Source: an uncultured Anaerolineae bacterium
Lineage (GTDB): Bacteria; Chloroflexota; Anaerolineae; JAFGEY01
DNA: 64,000 bases
Assembly: GCA_964481205.1 (NCBI GenBank)
Contig: CAYZYE010000003.1
Span: forward strand, 857-64,856
Reading direction: 5' to 3'
In this document: positions 48,542 to 58,095 of the stretch, piece by piece
Position numbering within the stretch: position 1 is the stretch's first letter
Layout of the letters: every line of letters begins with the position of its first letter
The notes under the pieces: model-generated
Seen by the model: the letters and a program-made list of their open reading frames with translations, nothing else
Database searches by the model: none
What the model was told of the DNA's origin: nothing
Position numbers and translations under genes: made by a program

Positions 48542-49912
48542 TTACCTTTCTGCTGCGCGGGGATCGACCAGGGGCGCGCCGATGCGGGTGATCGTGGAGG
48601 CGGCAATGTTTTTAGTCGCGTTGCAGGTGTCGATCACCAGTGAGGCGTGTTGGACAATCCAGGCATAGTCGTATTGGGTGTGTCCGGTGACGATGACCAC
48701 GGCGTCCTGGCGGGCCAACAGATCGGCGCTCAATGGCTGCGAGGTCATTGCGGTCTGGCGCGGGTGAAACACGTCTTGCCCAACGCTGTATCGAGGCACA
48801 TACGGGTCGTTATAGATGACTTGGGCGCCGGCGTTCAACAACAGTTCGATGATTCGCTCGGCCGGGGAGTTGCGCGCGTCGTCGATGTCGCGTTTGAAAG
48901 CCACGCCCAAGACCAGGATGCGCGCCTGGTTGAGGGGATGGCCCCGCATGCTCAGTGCGCGGCCAATGCGTTCGACGACGTGGTAGGGCATCGACTGGTT
49001 GACCTCGGCGGCCAGCTCGATGAATTTGGTGTAAAAGTCAAACTCGCGCGCTTTCCAGGACAAATAGTATGGATCGACGGGGATGCAGTGCCCGCCGACG
49101 CCCGGCCCCGGATGGAAGGACATAAAGCCAAATGGTTTGGTTGACGCGGCTTCGATCACCTCCCAAAAGTCAATGTTCATTCGTTCCGAGAGCAAGGCCA
49201 ACTCGTTGACCAGGGCAATGTTGACGCTGCGGAAAATGTTTTCGAGCAGTTTGGTCATCTCGGCGGCGCGCGGCGTCGAGACGGTCAACACTTGCGGGGT
49301 CAGTTTGGTGAACAGGTCGGCGGCCAGTTGGGCGCAGTGGGGGGTAAGCCCGCCGACCACTTTGGGCGTGTTTTTCACACTAAAGGTCTTGTTTCCGGGG
49401 TCGATCCGCTCTGGTGAAAAAGCGAGGTAAAAGTCTTGCCCGGCGCGCAGGCCGGTGGTCTCGAGGATCGGTTGTACGACCTCTTCGGTGGTGCCCGGAA
49501 AGGTGGTGCTTTGCAGCACGACGAGCTGGCCGGAGCCAAGCCGGGGGGCAATGCCGCGCGCCGCCGATTCGACAAAGACCAGGTCGGGCGCTTTCATGGC
49601 GTCAAAGGGAGTCGGTACGCAGATAAAGACGACATCAATGTCTTTGATCACGTCGTAATCGGTGGTGGGGTGAAACAGGTTTCGCGTCACCAGATCGGCG
49701 ACGGTTTCGCCGGGCACGTCGGGGATGTAGCTTTTTTTTGCGATTAACGTAGAGATTTTACGCTCGTCTACGTCTAATCCGACGACATCATAGCCGCATT
49801 GGGCGAACCCTGTGGCCAGGGGCAGGCCAACGTATCCCAGGCCGAGCACGCATATCCGGGCGCGGCGGGCCGCGATCTTGGCCTGGAGTTGTGCAAACAG
49901 TTGGTGCGACAT
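48542..49912 (-). CDS. Nucleotide-sugar dehydrogenase (UDP-ManNAcA/UDP-glucose 6-dehydrogenase family)
   Basis: N-terminal NAD motif ICVLGLGYVGLP. A catalytic Cys region. The ATG MSHQ start at 49910-49912 was verified. Confidence 0.85.
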   Translation of the reverse strand: MSHQLFAQLQAKIAARRARICVLGLGYVGLPLATGFAQCGYDVVGLDVDERKISTLIAKKSYIPDVPGETVADLVTRNLFHPTTDYDVIKDIDVVFICVPTPFDAMKAPDLVFVESAARGIAPRLGSGQLVVLQSTTFPGTTEEVVQPILETTGLRAGQDFYLAFSPERIDPGNKTFSVKNTPKVVGGLTPHCAQLAADLFTKLTPQVLTVSTPRAAEMTKLLENIFRSVNIALVNELALLSERMNIDFWEVIEAASTKPFGFMSFHPGPGVGGHCIPVDPYYLSWKAREFDFYTKFIELAAEVNQSMPYHVVERIGRALSMRGHPLNQARILVLGVAFKRDIDDARNSPAERIIELLLNAGAQVIYNDPYVPRYSVGQDVFHPRQTAMTSQPLSADLLARQDAVVIVTGHTQYDYAWIVQHASLVIDTCNATKNIAASTITRIGAPLVDPRAAER

Positions 49913-50099
49913 GGGCGTTCCTCCGGTGGGCAGGTCGATAATTGGCGGGTGGTTCAAATGGGGGTCAGTATAGATGAAAACGCCGGTCAAGTCAAACGCT
50001 CGCCGGTCAGGGCAATCGCATCTTGACTGGCTGGGCGCCAAAACGGCGGTTCAAAGGCCAATAAGCGCATAAAAACGTACCGACGGGAGCAGCTGCTCC

Positions 50100-50165
50100 A
50101 CCCACCCACAAAGGGCGATGCTACGGACGCCCAAACCATTTGAAACACACCCAATGAAACACTCC
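50100..50165. repeat. Inverted copy of the 55-bp block seen at 14185-14235
   Basis: The reverse complement reads GGGTGTGTTTCAAATGGTTTGGGCGTCCGTAGCATCGCCCTTTGTGGG. Confidence 0.6.
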
Positions 50166-50246
50166 CAGTTGGCATGATTGCCCACTCTGTGGTAAACTGC
50201 GCAAATTGTTTACCACTCGCGCCCGTCGGCGCCGCAAGGAGAAAGC

Positions 50247-51692
50247 ATGCCCGAACAAACAGAGAAACCCCAGGCTCGCAAAATCAAACTCGAAGACCAG
50301 GCGTCGAAAACCAGACACACGATCACCATCGACGGACAAAAGATCGACTATACGGCAACCGCCGGCACGATGGCGTTGAAAAGCCAGGAAGGCGAGGCCC
50401 AGGCGTCAATCTTTTACGTCGCCTATACGCGCGACCAAATAGAGGACAGGCGCCAACGCCCGATCACCTTTTCGTTCAACGGCGGCCCCGGCTCTTCCTC
50501 GGTGTGGCTGCATTTGGGGCTGCTCGGCCCACAGCGCGTGGCGCTGACCAACCCAGACGGCCACCCGCTGCCCCCGCCGTTCAAACTGGTCGAAAACACA
50601 TCCTCGCTGCTGGACGAGACCGATCTGGTCTTTATCGACCCGGTGAGCACCGGCTACAGCCGCGCCGCCACAGAGGACAAGGCCAAAACATTCCACAACT
50701 TTGAAAAAGACATCGAATCGGTGGGCGAGTTCATTCGCCTGACCACAACGCGGCTCAAGCGTTGGGCGTCGCCCAAATACCTGATCGGCGAGAGTTACGG
50801 CACCACGCGCGCCGCCGGGCTGGCCAACTTTATGCAGGAACGATACGGCCTGTACCTGAACGGGATCATGCTCATCTCGTCGATCTTGAACTTTCAAACG
50901 GCGCGCTTTACCCCAGGCAACGACCTGCCCTACATCCTCGTTTTGCCCACGTTGACTGCCGCCGCGTGGTTCCACAACAAGTTGGCGCCGGATTTGCGCC
51001 AGGATCTGCGTAAAACGCTGGATGAGGTCGAAGCATTTGCGCGCACCGAGTACGCAGCGGCGCTATTTCGCGGCGCGTCTTTGCCGGCAAACGAACGCGC
51101 CGCGATCGCGCAACAGTTGGCGCGATACACCGGCCTCTCGCCCCAATACGTCGAACAAGCCAACCTGCGAATCAATGTCTCGCGCTTTACCAAAGAGCTG
51201 CTGCGCGATCAGCGACAGACCGTCGGCCGCCTGGACACCCGCTTTACCGGCGCCGATCGCGACGCCGCCGGCGAACAGTTCGAGTTCGACCCCAGTCTGG
51301 CCACCATCACCGGGCCGTATACCGCCGCCCTGAACGATTACGTCCGCCGGCAGCTCAAGTTCAAGAGCGACCTGCCGTATGAAATTTTGACCAACCGCGT
51401 GCAGCCGTGGGACTATGGCAAATTTCAAAACCAATACGTCGATGTGGCCGAATCGCTGCGCAAAGCAATATGTCAAAACCCCGCGCTCAGAGTCTTTGTC
51501 GCCAACGGCTATTATGACCTGGCCACGCCCTATTTTGCCACCGAATACACATTCGACCACCTGGGTTTAGAGCCGGCACTGCAAAAAAACATTTCGATGG
51601 CATATTACCAGGCCGGGCACATGATCTATATCCACGAACCATCGTTGATCCGCCTCAAAAAACATCTTGCTGCCTTTGTGCAAAACAACTGA
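50247..51692 (+). CDS. Peptidase S10-like serine carboxypeptidase
   Basis: GGPGSSS and a GESYGT catalytic-Ser motif. Confidence 0.65.
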   Translation: MPEQTEKPQARKIKLEDQASKTRHTITIDGQKIDYTATAGTMALKSQEGEAQASIFYVAYTRDQIEDRRQRPITFSFNGGPGSSSVWLHLGLLGPQRVALTNPDGHPLPPPFKLVENTSSLLDETDLVFIDPVSTGYSRAATEDKAKTFHNFEKDIESVGEFIRLTTTRLKRWASPKYLIGESYGTTRAAGLANFMQERYGLYLNGIMLISSILNFQTARFTPGNDLPYILVLPTLTAAAWFHNKLAPDLRQDLRKTLDEVEAFARTEYAAALFRGASLPANERAAIAQQLARYTGLSPQYVEQANLRINVSRFTKELLRDQRQTVGRLDTRFTGADRDAAGEQFEFDPSLATITGPYTAALNDYVRRQLKFKSDLPYEILTNRVQPWDYGKFQNQYVDVAESLRKAICQNPALRVFVANGYYDLATPYFATEYTFDHLGLEPALQKNISMAYYQAGHMIYIHEPSLIRLKKHLAAFVQNN

Positions 51693-51727
51693 CTATTGTT
51701 GAACCAATTACACGAGGAGAATGAACA

Positions 51728-52996
51728 ATGCCCCCGATCAGTGAGCAAAACATCAACCAACACTCTCGCCCCTCCGAGTTGAAAATCACCGACCTGCGTG
51801 TGGTCAACCTCAGAAACCTGCCCATGCGCCTGTCCTTGCTCCGCATCGACACCAACCAGGGCATTTCGGGCTATGGCGAGGTGCGCGACGGTGCGAGCAA
51901 CACATTTGCCCTGATGCTCAAAAGCCGGCTGCTCGGCGAAAACCCTTGCAACATCGACAAGTTGTTCCGCAAAATCAAGCAATTCGGCAATCACGCGCGT
52001 CAGGCCGGCGGCGTGTGCGGCATCGAAATGGCCTTGATCGACCTGGCCGGCCAAGCCTACGGCGTCCCCGCCTATATGCTTGCCGGCGGCAAATTCCGCG
52101 ACAAAATCTTGTGCTATGCGGACACGCACAGCGAACCCAATGGCCGCGAAATGGGCAAACGCCTCCAGGCGCGGATGGAGCAAGGGTTCAAATTTTTGAA
52201 AATGGATGTGGGCATTCGCCTGCTGCGCAACATTCCCGACACCCTGATCGCGCCGCCGGATATGCTCAATCGCCACGACGTGATGCACCCCTTTACCGGC
52301 ATCCAGATCACCGAAAAGGGCATCAATGCGCTGTGCGATTATGTCGCCGCGGTGCGCAAACAAGTCGGCTATGAAATCCCCCTGGCTGCCGATCACTTTG
52401 GTCACATCGGCCTGGAATCGTGCATCCGCCTGGGGCAGGCGCTCGACCAGTTTACGCTGGCCTGGTACGAGGATATGCTCCCCTGGCAATTCACCGCCCA
52501 GTACGTGCGCCTCTCCAACTCGGTACAGACGCCGATCTGCACCGGCGAAGACATCTATCTCAAAGAGGGATTCGCACCGCTGCTCCAGGCGCGCGCCGTG
52601 TCGATCATTCACCCCGACCTGGCCTCATCGGGCGGCATCCTGGAAACAAAAAAGATCGGCGATATGGCCCAAGAACATGGCGTGGCAATGGCGATGCACA
52701 TGGCCGGGTCGCCCATTGCGGCGCTGGCCGCCGTCCACTGCGCAGCGGCGACCGAGAATTTTCTCGTCCTCGAAAACCACTCGGTCGATAACCCCGAATG
52801 GGACGAGATCGTCACCGGCTTGCCCCGCCCTTTGATCCAGGACGGCTACATCGCCGTGCCAGAGACACCCGGCCTGGGCTTGACGGGCATCAATGAAGAA
52901 CTGGTGCGCAAATACACCGACCCCGGCGCCCCAGGCTACTTTGAACCAACCGACGTCTGGGACGCCGAACGCTCCTGGGATCGCCGCTGGAGTTAA
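51728..52996 (+). CDS. Enolase-superfamily sugar-acid dehydratase (mandelate racemase/muconate lactonizing family)
   Basis: An N-terminal capping domain and a barrel with conserved K-x-K and metal-binding D/E/D spacing. 422 aa. Confidence 0.75.
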   Translation: MPPISEQNINQHSRPSELKITDLRVVNLRNLPMRLSLLRIDTNQGISGYGEVRDGASNTFALMLKSRLLGENPCNIDKLFRKIKQFGNHARQAGGVCGIEMALIDLAGQAYGVPAYMLAGGKFRDKILCYADTHSEPNGREMGKRLQARMEQGFKFLKMDVGIRLLRNIPDTLIAPPDMLNRHDVMHPFTGIQITEKGINALCDYVAAVRKQVGYEIPLAADHFGHIGLESCIRLGQALDQFTLAWYEDMLPWQFTAQYVRLSNSVQTPICTGEDIYLKEGFAPLLQARAVSIIHPDLASSGGILETKKIGDMAQEHGVAMAMHMAGSPIAALAAVHCAAATENFLVLENHSVDNPEWDEIVTGLPRPLIQDGYIAVPETPGLGLTGINEELVRKYTDPGAPGYFEPTDVWDAERSWDRRWS

Positions 52997-53020
52997 GAAC
53001 GCGCTGAAAAACTCGCCAGC

Positions 53021-53115
53021 GCACCCGCTCACCGCCGAGATCGCAGAGAAACAAAACACCTGGAAACACCGCAGATATTCACAAACACAGAATAATCTTG
53101 GCGTCCGTGGATTGA
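53021..53115. repeat. R2 family copy 3 (inverted orientation), upstream of the histidine kinase gene
   Basis: GAGATCGCAGAGAAACAAAAC...CACCGCAGATATTCACAAACAC is shared with copy 2. Confidence 0.55.
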
Positions 53116-53161
53116 CTTGATCCGAAAATAGAATTGGTTTACATCAAACGCCGGCGGGAGA

Positions 53162-55513
53162 TTGGGCAACATGAAAAATATACGGGCCATTAGCCTTGGA
53201 ATGCTAATCAATATGCTGGGAGGATACGCACTGACACTCGCCTTGCTCAGTTGGCTGATTCTCAAACTTGGAGTCAGCGACAGCATCCTATCCCTGCTGG
53301 TGATCCCCAACATCATTGCCGCCTTTTTTCACGGCCGCTGCGTGTACCTCCCGATGCACGCGACAGCAGCGCTCCTTGCGCTCTGGCTTGTACCCCAGGT
53401 CTCCCAAGACCGGTACACGTCCCTGCCCGTGATTGCGGCCGGCACGTTCAGCAGCCTGATCGTATCCGAAATCATTCACGCACTTGTCGCGGCGCGCAAA
53501 CGTGTAGAAAAACATCTGCGAGAAAGCGAAGCCAGGTTTCGCAGCGTGATCAGGCAATCTTCAGACGGCATTGCCCTCATCGACGAACAAGGCGCCGTCA
53601 TCGAGTGGAACCACGCACTGGAACAAATGACCGGTTTGAGCGCCCAGCAGGCGTTAAATACTCCCTTGTGGGAGATCATCCTTCGCCTGACCCCGCCGCC
53701 CAAGATCACGCCCCAATACAGCCAACAATTGAAAACCTGGACCATCAAAGCGGCCAAGACCGGTCATTGGCCCTGGGCCGGTCAGGTAGTCGAAAACGAA
53801 TACGTCCGCACAGATGGCGCGCTGCGAATCTTTCAAGTCAGCGGATTCCCCATCCAAACCGCGCACGGCTTTACCCTGAACGGTATCGTGCGCGACGTGA
53901 CCGAACACCGGCAAGCGGAAAAAGAGATTCAAGCGCGCCAGCAGTACCTCGAAGGCGTTCTTGTCGCCACACCAGACGCCATTGTCACCCTCGACGCGGC
54001 GCACCGTGTGGTTGAATGGAATCCGGGCGCCGAAAAACTATTCGGTTACCAGGCACAAGAGGCCAGAGGAAAAAACATCGATCATCTGGTCACCCGCCCC
54101 GACGTTTGGGAACAAGCAACTCGATTGACGCAAATGACACTCGACCACAAAGCAGTCAAGGCAACAGAAACCGTTCGCTATCGCCAAGACGGTTCGCCGG
54201 TCAATGTGATTGTACGCGGCGCACCGATCATCCTGGAAGACGAACTGATCGGCGTGGTCGCCGCATATGTCGACATCAGCGAACGTGTTCGGGCAGAAAA
54301 CGCGCTGCGAGAGAGCAAAGAACGATACAGAACACTTTTTGAAGCATCTACAGATGCCATCTTGGTCGAAACGCTGAACGGCAAAACCATCGACTGCAAC
54401 AAGACAGCTTGCGAAATGTACGGCTATACCAGGCAAGAAATGTCTCGACTTGACGTTACCGACCTGGTACCCAAAGGCACGTTGCAACAGATCATCGATT
54501 CGATCAGAACAGAACTGGCGCACGGCTATGCGCGGATCAGGGTCCAGAGCAAAAAAAAGGACGGCACTGTCTTTCCCACCGAAGCCACGCTCACGCTGAC
54601 CACCATCAACGGACAACAACGCGCCGTGGTCTTTGTTCGTGACCTCACCGAACACCTCCGCGCCGAAAAAGCAATGCTCCAGAGTTCGCGTATGGAAACC
54701 GCCGCCCGCCTGGCCGGCGGCATTGCCCACGACCTGAACAACTTGATGGTGGGCGTATTGGGCAATGCCGAGCTGCTCGAGTTGGAACTCGTTCATCTCG
54801 GTAACAAAACACGTCAACGCGAAGTGCAAGACATGTTGGCGACCATTGCCGAGTCGGCACAACAAGCGAGCAAATTGGCGCAACAACTCTTGGCCTATGC
54901 GCGAGGGGGCAAATACCAGATCAAACAAGTCAACCTCAATGACACAATCAGAGACGTGCTGCGACTGCGAGCCTGGGAGTGCGACCTCCCGCCCGGCGTC
55001 CAGATCGAACGTCGAATGGAAGCAAACCTGTGGCCGATTCTGGCCGACGAGACGCAGATCAGCCAAATGCTGCTCAACCTGCTCACCAACGCCATCGAAG
55101 CGATCGATGACAATGGGCACATTACCATCACCACGCACAACTTGGTGGTCGATGATGCATTTTGCCTCGCGCACCCGGACCTCGAGCCGGGGCCCCATAT
55201 CTACCTATCCGTACAAGACACCGGGTGCGGCATCAGCCCCGAGGTACTGGCCAAAATATTTGAACCATTCTTTACCACCAAATTCCAGGGCCGAGGACTG
55301 GGCCTGGCTGCGGCCTATGGCATCGTCAAGAACCATGGCGGGGACATTTCTGCCCACAGCGAACAGGGACACGGCGCAGCATTCCACATCTATCTACCCG
55401 CAGCCAATCACAAAACCGCTCACCCAGCAGAGCAAGTCGCCAGGCCGGCCCGAAACCAAATGCACAAAAGCGGCAGCGACATTGACCTGAGCAAAAATTT
55501 GGAAACAAGATGA
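53162..55513 (+). CDS. Sensor histidine kinase (TM sensor, 3 PAS domains, HisKA, HATPase)
   Basis: H-box GGIAHDLNNLM. N, G1 and G2 boxes. Repeated PAS blocks. Confidence 0.85.
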   Translation: MGNMKNIRAISLGMLINMLGGYALTLALLSWLILKLGVSDSILSLLVIPNIIAAFFHGRCVYLPMHATAALLALWLVPQVSQDRYTSLPVIAAGTFSSLIVSEIIHALVAARKRVEKHLRESEARFRSVIRQSSDGIALIDEQGAVIEWNHALEQMTGLSAQQALNTPLWEIILRLTPPPKITPQYSQQLKTWTIKAAKTGHWPWAGQVVENEYVRTDGALRIFQVSGFPIQTAHGFTLNGIVRDVTEHRQAEKEIQARQQYLEGVLVATPDAIVTLDAAHRVVEWNPGAEKLFGYQAQEARGKNIDHLVTRPDVWEQATRLTQMTLDHKAVKATETVRYRQDGSPVNVIVRGAPIILEDELIGVVAAYVDISERVRAENALRESKERYRTLFEASTDAILVETLNGKTIDCNKTACEMYGYTRQEMSRLDVTDLVPKGTLQQIIDSIRTELAHGYARIRVQSKKKDGTVFPTEATLTLTTINGQQRAVVFVRDLTEHLRAEKAMLQSSRMETAARLAGGIAHDLNNLMVGVLGNAELLELELVHLGNKTRQREVQDMLATIAESAQQASKLAQQLLAYARGGKYQIKQVNLNDTIRDVLRLRAWECDLPPGVQIERRMEANLWPILADETQISQMLLNLLTNAIEAIDDNGHITITTHNLVVDDAFCLAHPDLEPGPHIYLSVQDTGCGISPEVLAKIFEPFFTTKFQGRGLGLAAAYGIVKNHGGDISAHSEQGHGAAFHIYLPAANHKTAHPAEQVARPARNQMHKSGSDIDLSKNLETR

Positions 55514-57795
55514 TCGAGAAAACCAGGGTAAAAAACACACTTGACAGGCATCACATCTGGCATTGGCTCATTGAGCCTGCGCGCGCCATCCGGGGGAACA
55601 AACAACGTAAAGACGCCCGGCTGCTCTCGCTGCTACTCCTGACACTCGTGCCGGTGACACTCGTCCATATATGCACCGTTGCCCTTTTCACCCACTCGCC
55701 GCGACTGCCGGTATTTGCACTGATGGCTTTGATCTTGATAGCGGGGTATGCGTTGAGCAGAACCAGGTACTATACCGGGGCCGTCATACTGACGATCGTC
55801 TCTTTGATCGCGCTGGTCATCATATCTTTAGAAATGGAAACAGACCGAGGCGAGCTGCCCACACGTGCGCACATTGTCTGGCTGGCACTGACGGTCATCG
55901 TCAGCGGCCTGTTTCTCTCCCCCCGGAGCACGATCATCGTGTCGAGCATGCTGCTGGCCGGGATTCCCTTATTACCACTCGTCATCCCCCAGCTACCGCT
56001 TCAATCCGTCATCGGCGGCTGGGGATTTGTACTCACCGCATCGTTGTTGGTCATAATCACACTATACCACCGCAACCAATCCCCCACCGACATCGCCGGC
56101 CGCAAACGCGCCCAAGAATCCCTGGCCCGCCGCGCGCAAGAGATGGCCGCGCTCAACCGCGTAATGCAAGAAATCGTCCGGCTGCAAAGCCTGGACACGC
56201 TGCTCGATCACATCACCGCAAGCGCCTTGCACTTGCTGGGCCGGCAAAGCGGTGGCATTTCGCTATACCGCCCTGATCGTAAAGCGCTGGAATGGGTCGT
56301 CAACGTTGGAGAAGAACTGGCCCCAATCGGATTTACGCAACGCAAAGGAGAAGGCCTGGCCGGCAAGGTGTGGATCACAGGCCAAGTCCAAACCGTTCAC
56401 AATTATGATGAATGGGCCGGCAAACTGCCCCATCACCACAACCTGAAAGCAACCGTAATCAGCGTCCCCATTCAACGCGATGACGAGTTTCTGGGCGTGC
56501 TCACCATCGCCGACAGCTCGCTGATCCCGTTTGACGAATACGAGATCAGCATCCTGTCCCAATTCGCCATCCAGTCGGCGATCGCTATCCAGAACGCACG
56601 CCTTTACGAACAAGCGCAGCAAGAGATCGCCGAACGCAAGCGCGCCCAAGAATCACTGAACGCCTCATTAGCCGCGCAGCGCGAATCCGAGCAAATGCTG
56701 CGCCTGATTTTCGAAAGCGCGTTCGATGGAATCAGCGTCTATGAAGAATTTGCCGACGGTCGCCCGCGCAAGCTACTCGACTGCAACGCGCGCTACACTG
56801 CAATCGCCGGGCGAAGCAAAACGGAACTATTGCGCATTGGCGACCCCCGGCCGATCCAAACCGGCATCGATCAAGTCATCGAGATCGGTCAGACAAAACG
56901 ACTCAATGGTCTGGAAACCTATCGCGGACGTTTCTCCTGGCAACGGCCCGACGGGCAAGAAAACATTATCGAATACGCCGCCGTGCGCATCCACACTCAG
57001 GGACGACAATTGATCGTTGGCATAGACCGCGACATTACAGAACAGACACACGCCGCACAAGAACGTCAAGCCCTCATTGCCGAACTGGAAACCAAGAACG
57101 CTGAACTGGAAACCAAGAACGCCGAGTTGGAACGCTTTACCTACACCGTCTCACACGACCTGAAAAGCCCACTGATCACGATCAAAGGCTTTCTCGGCTT
57201 TCTCGAACAAGACGCCCGCAGCAACAACATTGAGCGGCTGCGAGGCGACATCGAGCGCATTGCCAATGCCGCCGACAAGATGCAACTGCTGCTCGATGAT
57301 CTGCTCGAACTTTCGCGCATTGGGCGGTTGCAAAACCCCATAGAAACCATGGCGCTCGCCGACGTTGCCCGCGACGCCGCCGAACTCGTCGCCGGAGAAC
57401 TCGCCGAACACGGCATCCAGATCGACATTGCCGACAACCTGCCCACCGTCATCGGCGACCGGCCCCGCCTGCGCGAAGTGTTTGAGAACCTGCTGGGCAA
57501 CGCCGCCAAGTTTATGGGCAACCAACCGCAGCCGAGGATCAAGATCGGCGCACGGCAACAAGACGGGCAAATGGTGTTCTATGTCAGCGACAACGGCATC
57601 GGCATCGAAGCGCAATACCAGGAAAAAGTCTTTGACCTCTTTGAAAAACTCGATCCCGACAGCGAGGGCACGGGCATCGGCCTGGCCGTCGTCAAACGAA
57701 TCATCGAAACGCACGGCGGACACATCTGGATCGAATCAAAAGGCGTTGACCAGGGCACTTGTTTTTGCTTTACCCTCCCCCAGCCCAAACCATAG
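55510..57795 (+). CDS. Sensor histidine kinase (multi-TM, GAF, PAS, HisKA, HATPase)
   Basis: H-box TYTVSHDLKSPL. GAF block. A tandem ELETKNA coiled-coil repeat. Its ATG overlaps the upstream stop. Confidence 0.85.
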   Translation: MIEKTRVKNTLDRHHIWHWLIEPARAIRGNKQRKDARLLSLLLLTLVPVTLVHICTVALFTHSPRLPVFALMALILIAGYALSRTRYYTGAVILTIVSLIALVIISLEMETDRGELPTRAHIVWLALTVIVSGLFLSPRSTIIVSSMLLAGIPLLPLVIPQLPLQSVIGGWGFVLTASLLVIITLYHRNQSPTDIAGRKRAQESLARRAQEMAALNRVMQEIVRLQSLDTLLDHITASALHLLGRQSGGISLYRPDRKALEWVVNVGEELAPIGFTQRKGEGLAGKVWITGQVQTVHNYDEWAGKLPHHHNLKATVISVPIQRDDEFLGVLTIADSSLIPFDEYEISILSQFAIQSAIAIQNARLYEQAQQEIAERKRAQESLNASLAAQRESEQMLRLIFESAFDGISVYEEFADGRPRKLLDCNARYTAIAGRSKTELLRIGDPRPIQTGIDQVIEIGQTKRLNGLETYRGRFSWQRPDGQENIIEYAAVRIHTQGRQLIVGIDRDITEQTHAAQERQALIAELETKNAELETKNAELERFTYTVSHDLKSPLITIKGFLGFLEQDARSNNIERLRGDIERIANAADKMQLLLDDLLELSRIGRLQNPIETMALADVARDAAELVAGELAEHGIQIDIADNLPTVIGDRPRLREVFENLLGNAAKFMGNQPQPRIKIGARQQDGQMVFYVSDNGIGIEAQYQEKVFDLFEKLDPDSEGTGIGLAVVKRIIETHGGHIWIESKGVDQGTCFCFTLPQPKP

Positions 57796-57875
57796 ACCCA
57801 GGCACAACCCGGCCGTTTTGACAAATTTACAAAACTGATCCACAATCCGAACCAACACCAAATCATCCCAGGAAG

Positions 57876-57985
57876 CCGCCGAAAAACCCAAGATTAACCA
57901 AGGACGCTTCGGATAAAGTCAAACCGCGAACGCAGAGATCAAAGTTTGTGAATATCTGCGGTGCTACTGGATGTTTTATTTCTTT
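57876..57985. repeat. R2 family copy 4 (same orientation as copy 1), upstream of the hybrid kinase gene
   Basis: CCGCCGAAAAACCCAAGATTAACCAAGGAC...GTTTGTGAATATCTGCGGTG...GATGTTTTATTTCTTT. Confidence 0.65.
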
Positions 57986-58095
57986 GCAACCTCGGCACTC
58001 TGCGATCAGGAACTCGATCAGCACGCTCCTAGATGAAAATTCCATCTTGGAGAACGACAAAAACTTTTTATCAAGACTCGCCACAAGGGCAAACT

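Noticed and set aside
49921-50041. T-loop-like GGTTCAAATGGGGG segment suggesting a tRNA
   Set aside because: The flanking bases cannot form T or acceptor stems. No cloverleaf is possible.
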